From Eledone cirrhosa (lineage: Eukaryota): a DNA stretch of 64,000 nucleotides. Under the pieces are notes generated by a model. It was not told the DNA's origin, searched no databases, and was given only the letters and a program-made list of their open reading frames with translations. Location: the NCBI GenBank assembly GCA_964016885.1, contig OZ024745.1, positions 131,378,001-131,442,000 of the forward strand. The letters are read 5' to 3'. Positions 23,931 to 36,879 of this stretch are shown one piece after another (positions within the stretch are counted from its first letter, which is position 1; every line of letters begins with the position of its first letter). The translations under genes and the position numbers were made by a program.

Positions 23931-24717
23931 TCTATATATATATTATATATATATATATTAATACAATTATATTCATACAATTATATTCATACAATTATAT
24001 TCATACAATTATATATATATGTATATATAAAGTAAATCTCATTTAATTCTATTGTATCTTATTGATAGCTGTTTCTGTTCTGTGGTGCTAGCAATTACCT
24101 TAGACTAAATGTTTATGGCAATCATGTTGTCATCTTTATAGATAATGTAATAAAACTGGCATCTAAAATGCCACCATTTATTATCTCATGTGAAATTATC
24201 CAGTTTACCAGTTACTAAGTGTGATTCAACATCTAGTACTTAGCTCCCAGCTGTTGTGTTGAAAACAATTCATATGTGATTCTCAAACAAAATCAATCTG
24301 TTGTTATTATAGCATGTCAGTACACAGTTATATATTGAAATTAAGACAGACTGCCTGATACTTTACTTTTAAAATAGCTGTTACAGCAGCTATTTTAAAC
24401 TTAAACCATTGTAGACTATGTGCACCAATTGCTGGTGAAATGGTCATTGGTTTATTTATATACTGCTGTTGTACTGTGTCTAGGGACAAAGACAATTTTC
24501 ACTATTAACTCAACTATAAATATATATAAATACAACTCTCATCTGTAAGACGTGGGATCACAGACCTCGTGTGTCCTTGGTCCCCTCACTGCAGATTTCC
24601 TTCATAAAATCAAAATGACAGCAGCCCACCTGAGGGAGGAGCCCCATGATATACTGTGGCAGGTGTCACTGGCCATTCTCTGCCATTTTATCCCCCGGGG
24701 CACAGCTTAAATAACAT

Positions 24718-24931
24718 TCAGACTGAGATGTAGAGCCTGTCACCCCTCCCCCATTCAGACTGAGATGTAGATCCTGTCACCCGTCCCACACTCAGACTAA
24801 GGTGTAGAGCCTGTCACCTCTCCCCCGCTCAGACTGAGGTGTAGAGCCTGTCACCTCTCCCCCGCTCAGACTAAGGTGTAGAGCCTGTCACCTCTCCCCC
24901 GCTCAGACTGAGGTGTAGAGCCTGTCACCTC
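24718..24931. repeat. 37-bp minisatellite, ~5.8 copies
   Basis: tcagactgaggtgtagagcctgtcacc at 24718, 24755, 24792, 24829, 24866, 24903. Confidence 0.95.
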
Positions 24932-25521
24932 TTCCTTTCTTCCGTCACTTTATTCCCACCCTTTTTGTTTCTTACTCTTTTTCTTCTTTTCTTTGTTTCC
25001 TTATAGTCATGTATATTGACACGACAATATTGTTACTACTGAATATTTTGTATTGGAATAGAGGTAAGAAACTCTCAGAGCCAGACAACAGAAGGTCTTC
25101 AGAGAAGAACCCCCCACTCAAGCGAGTGTTTCAGCCCTTAACTTACACTCTAAGGGAGCTGGGCCACATCCAGATCATAACTCCTGGGTACTCTTCTGCT
25201 GACATTTATTCATTTGGATATTGAAGATTTGCTGTGTATTTAAACCATATGGAAATTTTGTTGACAGGATCTAGCTGGAACTACTTTCCGTTGCCTCTGC
25301 TCATAGCTCATTGTTTCGTTAGCTTGTAATGTCCAATTGGAATAGTCTCTTGTGCATTGGCCATCTTGCTTGACATTGAAGAGCAGCCTGGCTAGCATAG
25401 CCTGCCAACAACATTGAATATAAAACACATAAATTGTAATCATATACTTCCATATTATAGATCTGCTTGAGCTGACTGAAGCTGCTGAACATCAGCAACA
25501 ACAACATTTTACTTGTATTAA

Positions 25522-25748
25522 CTATTTCATGACCATATTTCTAATGAAATACACTATTTCAATTAGTTAACGAAGAATTTGGAGGGATTTACTAAAATTA
25601 TCAATTATTTCATTAGTAAGATTGTAACTTAATGTAAGGTTCTTATATAAGATTATGTGGGAAGATTTAAATTTAAAGTGAAACTTTTAAAATGGGTGGT
25701 TTTATTTCATAGAATCAGAACTGGTTTTGGCCGGTTTGGTAACAAGGG
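25522..25748 (+). mobile_element. piggyBac-like MITE family B
   Basis: Colinear with 10031-10251; TTAA flanks. Confidence 0.85.
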
Positions 25749-26059
25749 TTAATAAGGATCCATCAAATATACTGACTCCCTTTTGGATTGATAGAATTGG
25801 TTGAGAATGTATAATAATGTGAATATCATGACCAAGATACAAGAGAATTATAATTTAGTATTACTAACCAATGAAACAATTATACAGATGATAAAGATGA
25901 TAGCTATACTTATACATATTAATATTTGAGCTGAGAGTGAAATTTAATATTTTGTTTATGCCCGGTGTAATCTCACGATACCCATATCTGCCCCATTTGA
26001 CGGTGGTCATGATATTGTCAACCTAACCCCAACTTAAAATGTCACTGGTTACCCATAAA

Positions 26060-26530
26060 TCATCATCGTTTTTTATGTCCGTTTTTCTATGCTTGCACGA
26101 GTTAGTGGGGTCCTTCTCAGCACAGCATCTCTCCAATCGCCATGTTCTTTCATCATCTCATCTGTGAGTCTCAGCAATCTGAGGTCAGCTCTCACCACCT
26201 CTGCCCAGATCTTTCTTGGTCTACCTCTACTGCAGCCTTCTTCCACTGGCATTTCCTGGCACTATATCACTCAGTGATCATCATCCATGTGCATTACATG
26301 GATTCCTCGTGGCAACACAGTCTTCTCTCCTGCACACCACCTTGGATTCCTTTTAAACCCAGCTTCTCCCTCAGTTCATCCAAGCTCTGCCTTTCTCTCA
26401 CATCCAACAAAGCATGGTTGTTTCATTTCTCTCCAGTCTAGACATGTCTTCTGCAGTCACTGCCCATGTGTCACTACCATGCAGCATCACACTTCATACA
26501 CAGGCATCATACAGTCATCCTTAAGCTATA
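26060..26530 (-). mobile_element. Decayed RTE LINE 3' end
   Basis: (GAT)n-type tail, minus-strand GRPRKIW motif; homologous to 29474-29950. Confidence 0.75.
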
Positions 26531-27212
26531 AAAATAAGTAAGTGCACCAAATGACAGGAGAATGTCTTTAAGATTGCTTACTGAGCATTAAGGCATGAAG
26601 GAAATGTGAGATAAATCTCCTGGATAGTTCACTAATCTTATGTAAATAATATTTCAAGAAAATCTATTTCTGATGGCCAGTTTAACCAAGACACAGAGAA
26701 TTAAGTGCAATGCATAAATACAACAACCAATTGTAAGTTTGAACTAAAGACTTATTAAATATCCACCTCTGACAATGGCTTAACTAGCTTCACTGAGCAT
26801 CTAAGCTGATGGAGTTCTCAGAGATACAAGTGTTATGAAAACTGGAGTTCAGCACTGGAGTTTGTAATACATAAACAATGAGCTTTTATTAAATATAACA
26901 CGTTCTGTGGTCATATATAAGTACCTACAACAATAATAGGCTTTAGATATAGAATTAATCAGTACAAAATTGAAATGTTACACAATGTGTCATCCAGAGT
27001 CATGGGTGCAAATATCTTTTCATGTAAAGTAACATATGGTTAGATCAATAATGTACTGAAGATTCAAGAGTGTGTCTCAGGCCACTTAACTGTGTCCACA
27101 GAGAAACTTCCAATGGTCAAATCAGAGAGGGAATCAGTTCACTCTGTAGACACTGTAGTTTGTGTGTATTTGTGTTTCATTAGCTATTGATACCAAGTAT
27201 AAAACTTTACAT

Positions 27213-27815
27213 TGGCCTATCACCGCTCTCAGGAAGAAAGAGGGTGGCATATGCCCCATCGCTGTGGGCAATGTCTTCCGGAGGCTGGTTGCTAAGGTGG
27301 TCTGCAGGTCCATAACACCTGAACTGGGTGAGGAGTTCAGTCCGGTGCAACTGGGTGTCGGCGTGTCCGGTGGCTGTGAGGGGGTTGCACATGCAACCAG
27401 GCAGTTCTTCAATAGCTGCCCACTGGAACCAGCATCCAGGGACTCCAGGAACCTCATTGTCAAGCTTGACATGAGGAATACATTTAATTTCATATGCTGG
27501 GACCATCTGCTCGATGCCTGCTTCAGCCGAGGCCCCTCTGCCTACCCGCTGGCCTTCTTGTCATATGGAGCCCTGAGCATGCTCCCTGCTGCTGATACGG
27601 TCATATTTTCGGCCACTGGGGTCCAACAGGGCGACCCTTTGGGCCCCCTCCTGTTTGCCCTTGGTATAGACCACATTGCCCGGAGTATCGCGGCCCCTCC
27701 TGTTTGGTATCTGGATGATGCTACGCTGGATGGGCCCGTGGAGACCGTTTGCCATGACCTTCAATCGGTGGTTCCTGCTCTGGCAGGAATCGGCCTCCAG
27801 GTCAACTTGTCCAAG
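27213..27815 (+). mobile_element. CRE-clade non-LTR retrotransposon reverse transcriptase fragment
   Basis: ALRKKEGGICPIAVGNVFRRLVAK, QLGVGVSGGCE, KLDMRNTFN, GVQQGDPLGPLLFAL, WYLDD are diagnostic CRE-type RT motifs; GC-rich island with sharp borders. Confidence 0.9.
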
Positions 27816-28656
27816 TCAGCCATGATATCTTGTTTTAAAGGTGCATCATCTTCAGTTGATAGTAATCATGGTCCTTTGTAATCTCCATCGTGAGCTCTCA
27901 CTATTTCAGCCCATGACTTCCTATGTCTACATCCACCATGAATCCCATCCACTGAAATTTCTCTGCACTTTATACAGCTGTTATTTTCTATATACATCAC
28001 ACGTCTATACCAACACAGTCTTCTTTCCTGTATACTACTCTGGTTGCCTTTTATGCCAAGATTTTTTTCTCAACTTCCTTATCACATTACAAACCCATCA
28101 GAACTTACTTCATTTCTTTCTAACCTTCACAGATTTTCTGCAGTTGAGGCACATATTTATCATAATCCCCATTTTACATACGCATTCCGTGCTTGCAAGA
28201 ATTGAATGGTCTTTTCATAGCCTGCGACAAGATGAATTGGGTAATAACATCTTGCCCATACATTTCATATTTGGCATGGTTTCTATGGCTGAATGCTTTA
28301 CTTAATGCCAATCCTTTTAAAGAGTGTACTGGGTGAATCTTATCATGGCTCTAGCACTAGAGGGGTTGTTAAATTCTCAGCTCAATTGAAGAATCTTTTC
28401 TATCTTATATTGTCTTCATTTGATTGACAACCAATTTACAGTGGTACCTCCAGTAAAAAGTTACTCAACTTTTAAAGAAGGCTCTCTGTAATCTATGTTG
28501 TCTTGGTCTCTTGGTTGAGTGCATTCCATTGTGTCACCAAAGGTTGTCTCAGCCACTGCAGGCTAAAGGAAGCTCTCATCATATTTTCTTTTAGCATCAT
28601 AGTCTTTTATACTATGGGATATCTCCAGTCACCTTCATCCTGCATTATTTCATCAG

Positions 28657-28840
28657 GGCGGTGGATTGGCAGTATCGGTAGAGGATCGGACGCCATGCTT
28701 TCCAACATAGTTATGTCCCTTTACGATCTGAGTTCAAATCCCGCCGAGGTTGACTTTGCCTTTCATCCTTACGGGGTCGATAAAATAAAGTACCAGTAAT
28801 GCACTGGGTAATTGCTGGCCTTGTGCCTAAAGTAGAAACA
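28657..28840 (+). mobile_element. SINE family A, full length, inserted in an RTE relic
   Basis: A-box TGGCAGTATCGG, B-box GTTCAAATC; TSD attatttcatcagg. Confidence 0.95.
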
Positions 28841-28854
28841 ATTATTTCATCAGG

Positions 28855-29075
28855 TTTAGTTTCTTGAGGCTATTGTTCACAACTTTGTCCCATCTCTTCC
28901 TTGGTCTCCCTCTATTTCAAGCACTCGGCACTTTTTATACAACATTCGCACTCTTTACACATCATAACACATCACACCATCAAACAAACCCACTCATCTC
29001 TCTTGTATGCTCTATTCAATTCCTTATACACTCAGCTTTTCTCTCAGTTCACTTGTGCTCAGTTTATATATCTAT
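28855..29075 (-). mobile_element. Decayed RTE LINE 3' fragment
   Basis: Minus strand RGRPRKRWDKVVNNSLKKLNL. Confidence 0.65.
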
Positions 29076-29473
29076 TACTAGCATTAACAAATTAGTAATA
29101 GATATTAAATTGAAATGAAAAATAAATAAATATAAGATGATACAGGCTGTTGATTGGTTTTTTTTCAAAGTTTGTGAGAAATAGTCTTTAAATTAAGTTA
29201 ATGATTGAAAGAAACTAAAGTATACATTGAAATGAAAATATATATCACATAAATGGTATGGGTAAATTACTCTATGAAGGAACATTTACGAATAGAAACA
29301 TTTATGAATTATGAAACAGCTCATAGGAAAATTTACATTGTCAGTAAAAATCTCATAATTGAATGTTGGGGTAAATTTGACATCACATTATAACCATTAA
29401 TTCAGATGAGACTAGTAAAGGCTGGCATGATTTTACAGATTTGGGAAAGGCTGTGAGTTAGGTGGAAATATAT

Positions 29474-29950
29474 ATCATCATCATTTTATGTCTGCTTTTC
29501 CCTGCTTGCAAGGGTACTCTTCAGCACAGCATCTCTTCATTTGTCATGGTTCTTCATCATCTCTGTGAGCTTCAGCAATCTGAGGTCAGCACTCACCACT
29601 TCCGCCCATGTTTTTCATGGTCTTCCTCTACTGCGTCTTCCTTCCACTGGGATTTCTTGGCACTTCTTCACCCAGTGGTCATCTTCCATGTGCATCACAT
29701 GGCCATACTAACGCAGTCTTCTCTCCTGCACACCACTGTTTATTCCTCTTATACAGTTTCACTTTCAACACATCTATGCTTGGTCATTCACACACATTGA
29801 CATTGCACATCCATTGGAGCATGCTTGCTTCATTTCTCTCCAGCCTTCGCATATCCTCTGCAGTTGCTGTCCATGTCTTACTACCATGCAATATTGTGCA
29901 TCTCACACAGGCATCATACAACCAACCTTTTGTTCGCAGGGAGAAACCCA
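29474..29950 (-). mobile_element. Decayed RTE LINE 3' end
   Basis: Minus strand LYDACVRCTILHGSKTW...RRLEKNEASMLQWMCNV (approximate), (GAT)n tail; homologous to 26060-26530. Confidence 0.8.
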
Positions 29951-30005
29951 TTATATATATATATATACATATCTGTTTTGTGCAAATGTATAATTCACAT
30001 ATTAA

Positions 30006-30224
30006 CCCTTTAGCATTTACATTACTCTATAAATACTATTATATTTTTATGGTAAAGGATTTATCTCATAATTATCTCACATAATGTCGAATCTATGAGA
30101 TTTTGAAAGTATTTATTTTGAGAACAATACCTTAACATCAGTTTAAGCGACCGGTTACAGCCAGTTTCAACAGAAAGAGGTAGAGAATTCTGGCCAGTTT
30201 GGGCCAGTTTGAACATTAAAGGGG
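30006..30224 (+). mobile_element. piggyBac-like MITE family A
   Basis: ttaaCCCTTTAGCATTTAC start; colinear with 6424-6628. Confidence 0.85.
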
Positions 30225-30533
30225 TTATCTAGACATCTCAAACTAGATATGTATCACTTCTATAAATAGTGTTGTTGAAAACATCCTGTAAGCAATTTTA
30301 CTAAAAGGTTCTTGTGCCAGTCTTGACTGATGGCTTTAACAGGATAAAATATTTCAGTAGCGTTGCTAATAAACAAACGCTTACTCACATCTGTGTGGGC
30401 ATGTGTGTGTGTGTAGGTATGCGAGTGCACGTATGCGTGTGGAAATGTATGTGTACATTTCCACCAGTGACGACAACTTCATTCTGTTTTAAATGGTTAT
30501 TAACCGAACACTTATAAATCTTACTGGTGCTGT

Positions 30534-30893
30534 CAGACCAAGCTACATGGGAACAGACCAGGCTACATGGAAACAGACCAGGCTACATGGTAACAGACCA
30601 GGCTACATGGGAACAGACTAGACTACATGGGAACAGACTAGGCTACATGGGAACAGACTAGACTACATGGGAACAGACCAGGCTACATGGGAACAGACCA
30701 GGCTACATGGGAACAGACCAGGCTACATGGGAACAGACCAGGCTACATGGGAACAGACCAGGCTACATGGGAACAGACCAGGCTGCATGGGAACAGACCA
30801 GGCTGCATGGGAACAGACCAGGCTGCATGGGAACAGACCAATCTACATGGGAACAGACGAATCTACATGGAAACAGACCAGACTACATGGTAA
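30534..30893. repeat. 20-bp minisatellite (cagaccaggctacatgggaa), ~18 copies
   Basis: Direct inspection. Confidence 0.95.
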
Positions 30894-31030
30894 CAGGTTT
30901 GGTGTGTGGTTAAGAATTCCACTTCACAACCACACGTTTTGTGGTTTGGTACCACTGTAACATCTTGGCCAATTGTCTTTTATTAACGTTGACTTGACCA
31001 ATGCCTTGAGAAGGAATTTGGTAGATGAGC
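30894..31030 (+). mobile_element. SINE family C
   Basis: ggtgtgtggttaagaa...caaccaca...ttgaccaatgccttg...gaatttggtagatg. Confidence 0.65.
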
Positions 31031-31277
31031 AGTGTGTGTGTGTGTGTGCGTGCGAGCAAGCGAGCGAGCGATAAGGAGAGTAATTGTGTAAGCTTTACCA
31101 ATAGCAAAATACAAGCCAGACATCAGCTACAATGTGAAACTGAGTATAAAATATAGCAGAACTTAAACAGTGAATAATGTTTCTGAATCTGGCATTAAAG
31201 GTTTCACTAGAACTCCCACAATCCTTTGTAATCCCTGCAAAAGAACCATATACACTACACTTATTTCTACTATCATT

Positions 31278-31598
31278 GGAGGGACATGGCTTAGTGGTTA
31301 GAGCATTGGCCTTGCAATCGAAAGGTTGTGAGTTTAATTCTCAGACCGGGTGATGTGTTGTTTCCTTGAGCAAGACACTTTATTTCATATTGCTCCAGTT
31401 TATTCAGCTGTAGAAATGAGATCATTCCACTACAAAGTGGTCGTGGAGGTGCCACGGCAAAAAAGCACCCAGCACTCACTGTAAATGAGGTTGGTGTTAG
31501 GAAGGGCATCCAACTGTAGAAATCAAGCCAGAATCAGTTCCCGTCCCACCCTTGCAAGCAGGAAAAAGCGGACGTAAAATGATGATGATGATGATGAT
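31278..31598 (+). mobile_element. SINE family B
   Basis: A/B boxes, CORE-like cttgagcaagacactttatttca, Nin-like ggtgttaggaagggcatcca, (GAT)n tail. Confidence 0.9.
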
Positions 31599-31713
31599 TG
31601 TTATTCTGAAGAAGGTGTCGTGAAAGTTTTAATATATTGATAGATTATAGATGAAAGGTTAAAATTGTGACAAACCAAATAAAGAACTATTAAGGTAACA
31701 TGAAAAGTTTTTA

Positions 31714-31856
31714 ACAGGCCAAGTTGTATGATTAAAGAGATCAGTTTGCAACATGGTTTTGATGTTAGTCTCACTGCATGGTACCTTGGGCAAGTATCTT
31801 CTATAGTCTTGCATTGACCAATGCCTTGTGGTTGGAATTTGGAAGACAGAAACTGT
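31714..31856 (+). mobile_element. SINE family C
   Basis: cactgcatggtaccttgggcaagtatcttcta...gaccaatgccttgtg...gacagaaactgtg. Confidence 0.7.
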
Positions 31857-31879
31857 GTTATAAGAGCAAAGGAGATACT

Positions 31880-32850
31880 CTAGAATGGCACAGAGACACT
31901 GAATTGATTGATCCGGTGATGAATATAATGTACAGAGTTATGGCATAATTGATTAAGAATAGAATGATGTAGAGCTTGAATGTGACAGGATGGGGTACAA
32001 CCAATGTTCACTTCTTCATGCAACAACTGAGAAATGTGTAGTCAAGAATATGCCACTATACCTAGCATTTGTTAATTTAGAGAAAGCCTTTGACTGGATA
32101 TCATGTTCCTTAGCCTAGGGGGCTTTAAGAAAACTAGAGCTAGATCAATGACTTGATAGAGTAGTGCCAGTAATGTAGAGAGATACTATCAGTAAATGGG
32201 AGTTGGCAATGAGTTCAGTGAAGAATTTAGTGTATCAATTGTTGGTCTTCTGCCTAGTTCAGTTTATCAATGATCCAGTGATACAGAGGAGTTTAAGACT
32301 GTTTGTCAATGTCAATTTCTGTATGATGACTTAGTTCTTATAGCTGAATCTATGGAAAATCTAAAGAAGAAAAACCCAAAGTAAACTTACCAAAACTAAA
32401 GTTTCAGTATGTAGGAAAGAAGAAAAGGGAAATGATTGTGCTCAATATGCAGAAAAGAAGTAGGTAGGAATTTGTATATGGGAAACTCAGTGTAATGGGA
32501 CCACAAACAAATTAACAGCGAAAGTAGGCTTTGATGTGACAGATAAATAAGGATAAATTAGTGATAAGAGCACCAGTGAGCTAAACCTTTTTCAATTCTT
32601 GGAAGGTTCCATAGAAGTAGTTGATAGTTTCTGTTATCTAAGAGACTTAATTAGCAACAGAAGGGATTGCTCTGAAAGCATAATAGCTAGTATAAGAATA
32701 GAGTAGAAAAAGTTCAGGGAGTTACTATCCTCTTTGAGTAAAGAGCAGATTGTATGATATCTGCATGTAAAGAGTAATGATGCATGATAGTGAGGTATAG
32801 GCTGTAATTGAAGAGGATATGTGAAGGCTGGAGAGAAATTAAACCAGCCA
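31880..32850 (+). mobile_element. Decayed RTE LINE RT region
   Basis: PLYLAFVNLEKAFD (RT motif LAFVDLEKAFD), decayed YADDLVLIAES, IEVVDSFCYL, colinear with 47495-48060. Confidence 0.8.
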
Positions 32851-32882
32851 GAGACAAAAGGATTTTTTGGCCATTAAATAAT

Positions 32883-33066
32883 TGTTTCTATTTTAGGCAC
32901 AAGGCCAGCAATTACCCAGTGCATTACTGGTACTTTATTTTATCGACCCCATAAGGATGTAAGGCAAAGTGAACCTCGGCGGGATTTAAACTCAGATCGT
33001 AAAGGGACGTAACTATGCTGGAAAGCAAGGCGTCCGACCCTCTACCGATACTGCCAATCCACCGCC
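32883..33066 (-). mobile_element. SINE family A, full length
   Basis: 18-bp TSD ttttggccattaaataat. Confidence 0.95.
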
Positions 33067-33438
33067 TTTTGGCCATTAAATAATGTTTGGGTATATTAGA
33101 AAGATTTGGTTACCATCAAATTGGCTACATTACAAAATGTTGATTAGCATTTGTTATATGTGTTGTATCCTGAATTGTTTAAAAGCTGGGATGGTGTAGT
33201 GTTCTGTGTTTCCTTGATATGTAAAGTGACTGCAAGTTGATTGTGACTAGATTGTCATTGCATTGTTGCAGGATGTTTACAAATTGTTGGTTCATGAAAG
33301 TAATCCATATCTGAGTGTCTATGATGCATGCGGATGGTACTTATGTACAAAACAAAATTTAAAGACCAAAACATGTAGTGTGTGTGTGAGGGGGGGGGGG
33401 TTATGAGTAATAACCAACAGGTTATTTATATTGATATA

Positions 33439-33598
33439 CAGGATGTGTCATCCTATTTTATTTACAATTTTAACAAATGTTCAATATGTAAATAACTTTA
33501 TAAAAATAAATAATAAAGCTATATATTCCAACATGTACAGGTTACCACATGGTTATATGATCATTTGTTTAAAAAATATAGCCTTTTCATACACCCTG
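33439..33598. mobile_element. Tc1/mariner-like MITE
   Basis: TA-caggatgtgtca ... tcatacaccctg-TA imperfect TIRs. Confidence 0.55.
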
Positions 33599-33606
33599 TA
33601 TATATA

Positions 33607-33870
33607 GTAAAGACTCCTTTCACTTACCAATGCCCATTGGATTTGCACCTGTCTCCCCCTTCCATGCCACCAATGTCCAAGGGAAAGGCAATGGCTGATA
33701 CAGCTTGACACCAATGATGTTGCAATTCATTTCTGCAGCTGAGTAAACTGGAGCAATGTGAAATAAAGTGTCTTGTTCAAGAACACAACACATCACCCGG
33801 TCCAGGAATTGAACTCACAACTTCACGATTGCAAGCCCAACATTCTAACCACTAAGACGTATACTTTCAC
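33607..33870 (-). mobile_element. SINE family D
   Basis: tRNA/CORE-like head as family B, tail ccaagggaaaggc...gatacagcttg as 37910-38095. Confidence 0.8.
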
Positions 33871-34495
33871 AGTATATATACTAAAGGATATATACTAAAG
33901 TATATATACTAAAGGATATATAACTGAAACTAGGAGCAGACCTCTGTTAGAGGTTCTTGAATCAGAAAGCCAATGGCTTTAATGTTGAAATCTTCAATGA
34001 AGAACCAACAATTGTTAGATATTGTAACTATTCCAAATAACCTTTTGTCCTTTTAATATATATCTAAAACAATTAACTTAAAATATTCACTTGATCTTCG
34101 CAAAAGTTTCTTGACAAAAAACATTAATTTGCTTGCTTTTTTTAACAAATGAGTTACTATTTAAAACAATAATGTGGAAAAGAAAATAATTTACAATATA
34201 TATATATATATCATCTTCGTTTAACGTCTATCTTCCACGCTGGCTTTAAATTCTATGATAATTTTCTTTTTTCAAGTTCACTATTGCTATGTTTATCAAC
34301 TATAAATAATGCATCATCACGATATAAACCTCCGGCAATTTCCTATGTAATGCATTAAGAATGAATATTCCAACCAAATCTGTACCTGAGCTGAGTCAGA
34401 AGAGCTGATTGTAATATCGAAATTGTTCAGTCTATCAGCTCTAGTCCAGAGATCATTGTTAAATTCAATAAGAGTTTTTGTGCATTTAATATAAT

Positions 34496-34555
34496 TGTTT
34501 CTACTTTTGGCACAAGGCCAGCAATTACCCAGTGTATTACTGGTACTTTATTTCA
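34496..34555 (-). mobile_element. Severely 5'-truncated SINE A (60 bp) with TSD
   Basis: 15-bp TSD tgcatttaatataat (34481-95, 34556-70). Confidence 0.9.
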
Positions 34556-34685
34556 TGCATTTAATATAATGTTTATTTCTTCGCTAGATAAATCAGTATG
34601 TTTTGATGCATATATTAGTGCTTTATTAAGTAAATTAGGAGTTATTGAAGAATAGTAATTAACTATATCCATATATATATATGTA

Positions 34686-35313
34686 CAGTAATCCCCTGTT
34701 TATGGCGGTGGGGGGTGGGGGGGTGGGGTACGTTCCAAAACAAACCACGATAAATGAAAATTCGCGATATAGAGAAACCATAAAGACAACCATTGTTTTT
34801 ATAGTTTAAGCCTTAAAATACCTCTCCTACATGATTTAAGTACCTATAAACTCATTAAAACACACTTTTGTATTTAAACACCAAAACTAGCCAGTAGCGA
34901 TCGTATAGAAACTACCACCAACTATCATACCACTAGTTACCAATGAGGACCATTGCCACGGTAGCCACTTGGTAATACACTGCACATCTCCCGTTAATCT
35001 ATGAAGGGTTTGTAGTAGATTAGAGAAAAACACAATCAGTAAAACAGTAATGGAAGGAAAAATAGAAACGTTTTTATAGTTAAACCCTTACACTTACGAT
35101 ATACACTTCAATCACAACGAAATTTATTTCATAAGTTTAAATTTTAAACACTTTTTATTCAGACATACCGCGATAAGAAAATAGATATGTTCTAATAAAA
35201 AATCTGCGATGTAGGGAGGATTACCACGATAGTAAATTAGATACATTCCAAAGAAATATCTGCAATGTAGCAGGACCACGAAAAGTGAATTGTGATATAG
35301 CAGGGGATTACTG
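34686..35313. mobile_element. Tigger/pogo-like non-autonomous DNA transposon
   Basis: 13-bp TIR cagtaatcccctg / caggggattactg, TA on left; subterminal ccacgata/ctgcgatg motifs. Confidence 0.85.
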
Positions 35314-35332
35314 TGTGTATATATATATATAT

Positions 35333-35670
35333 GGAGGCACATGGCTTAGTGGTTAGAGCATTGGCCTTGCAATCGAAAGGTTGTGAGTTCAATTCTCAGA
35401 CCGGGTGATGTGTTGTTTCCTTGAGCAAGACACTTTATTTCACATTGCTCCAGTTTACTCAGCTGTAGAAATGAGATGATAGGGACTGGGTTCCCTATCA
35501 TTCCACCTCAAAGTGGACGTGTAGGCGCCACGGCAAAAAAGCACCCAGCACTCACTGTAAATGAGGTTGGTGTTAGGAAGGGCATCCAGCTGTAGAAATC
35601 AAGCCAGAATCAGTTCCCGTCCCACCCTTGCAAGCAGGGAAAAGCGGACGTAAAATGAAATGATGATGAA
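35333..35670 (+). mobile_element. SINE family B, full length
   Basis: A-box TGGCTTAGTGG, B-box GTTCAATTC, CORE-like and Nin-like domains, tail ggacgtaaaatgaaatgatg. Confidence 0.95.
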
Positions 35671-35721
35671 ATGATGATATACCCATGCTAGCATGGAAAA
35701 ATGTATGTTAAACGGTGATGA

Positions 35722-35766
<45 letters not shown>

Positions 35767-36056
35767 GTAGGAGGTGAGTTTTATTGTAGTACAATAAAGC
35801 AATGCAGATATCGGATAAGTAGCACTCTACAGTTTGTAGGACTGGAGTATAAATAATATATAAGATCAAAAGATGGTTAAAAGAGTTCCATGTATTTTAT
35901 ACATAATATGTTGATTTAAAACTGCACTATTCACAAGTGTGTTTTAATGTCTCCCTATTTTATCTGACGAAAACGCAAATGTTATTGCATAATGATATTT
36001 GTTTTTGAAATGCGCATAATAAAATACATGGAACTCTTTTAACCATCTTTTGATCT

Positions 36057-36066
<10 letters not shown>
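35767..36066. mobile_element. (TA)n-embedded element with internal inverted repeat (putative Penelope-like remnant), copy 1
   Basis: 48-bp inverted arms 35853-35900 / 36019-36066; left 130 bp nearly identical to 38647-38780. Confidence 0.6.
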
Positions 36067-36104
<38 letters not shown>

Positions 36105-36879
36105 ATAATAATAAATTTGTTAGTTTCCCATTAAGGGTGAAAGCAGCGATTCTTTGCTTAAACTTTAATCTGTTATTTTAATATATATATATATATATAT
36201 ATAAAGGAATAGAAAAAAAATAATTACCAATACTTTTTGTTTTTAATTTTTTTTTTTTTAAGTAGAAATGAGGAAGAAGAAAAAGTATGAAAATTATGTG
36301 TCATAGTTAACAAGAGTGCAAAACTATTTTCAGACTGAACAGCAACTGGATTACCTGAGAGCAGTTAGACTAAAATTAAATATTACTCCAGATACTAGTT
36401 TGTTAGTCATCCTATCTTCATATCATGTTACTGTTTTATAAATTCTTTTATAGCATTGGGATTTATTTCTTTAAATTTCAATGAACTATTGTTGCAGAAT
36501 TCCTAACAGTAACAGAAATAGGAACAGAACAACAGAATTACAAAATATAATTTACTTAAATATATCTAACACACACACACAAAAAAAAAAAAAGAGTTGA
36601 TAAATTACAATATTTTTTTACATATATGATACAAGCCAGTGAGGGAGTTACTATGCAGTCACTTGACCTGCTAGAAATTGCAGGCAAATCTACCTCAAAT
36701 CACACCTCACAATGTTACATATAGTAAGGAGACAGGGTCATACATATCTGAAAAATATGAAATGGTTACAGCTGGAATATGTTTGATCATAAGAATGCTG
36801 ATCAGAGTTGATTTGAGGTTATATAAATGATACATTTTTATATTTCTGAAATATATACCATACAGAATTCTCACCTTAT

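Noticed and set aside
30534-30893. CRISPR-like periodicity in this and other arrays
   Set aside because: Units are contiguous with no unique spacers, there are no cas genes, and the context is eukaryotic.
34390-34445. Hammerhead-like cagaaga...gaaa with agagctgat/atcagctct stem
   Set aside because: Core has A at U4 and stem II is not convincing.
35333-35410. tRNA gene (A and B boxes)
   Set aside because: No acceptor stem or terminator; continues into the SINE body and is multicopy.
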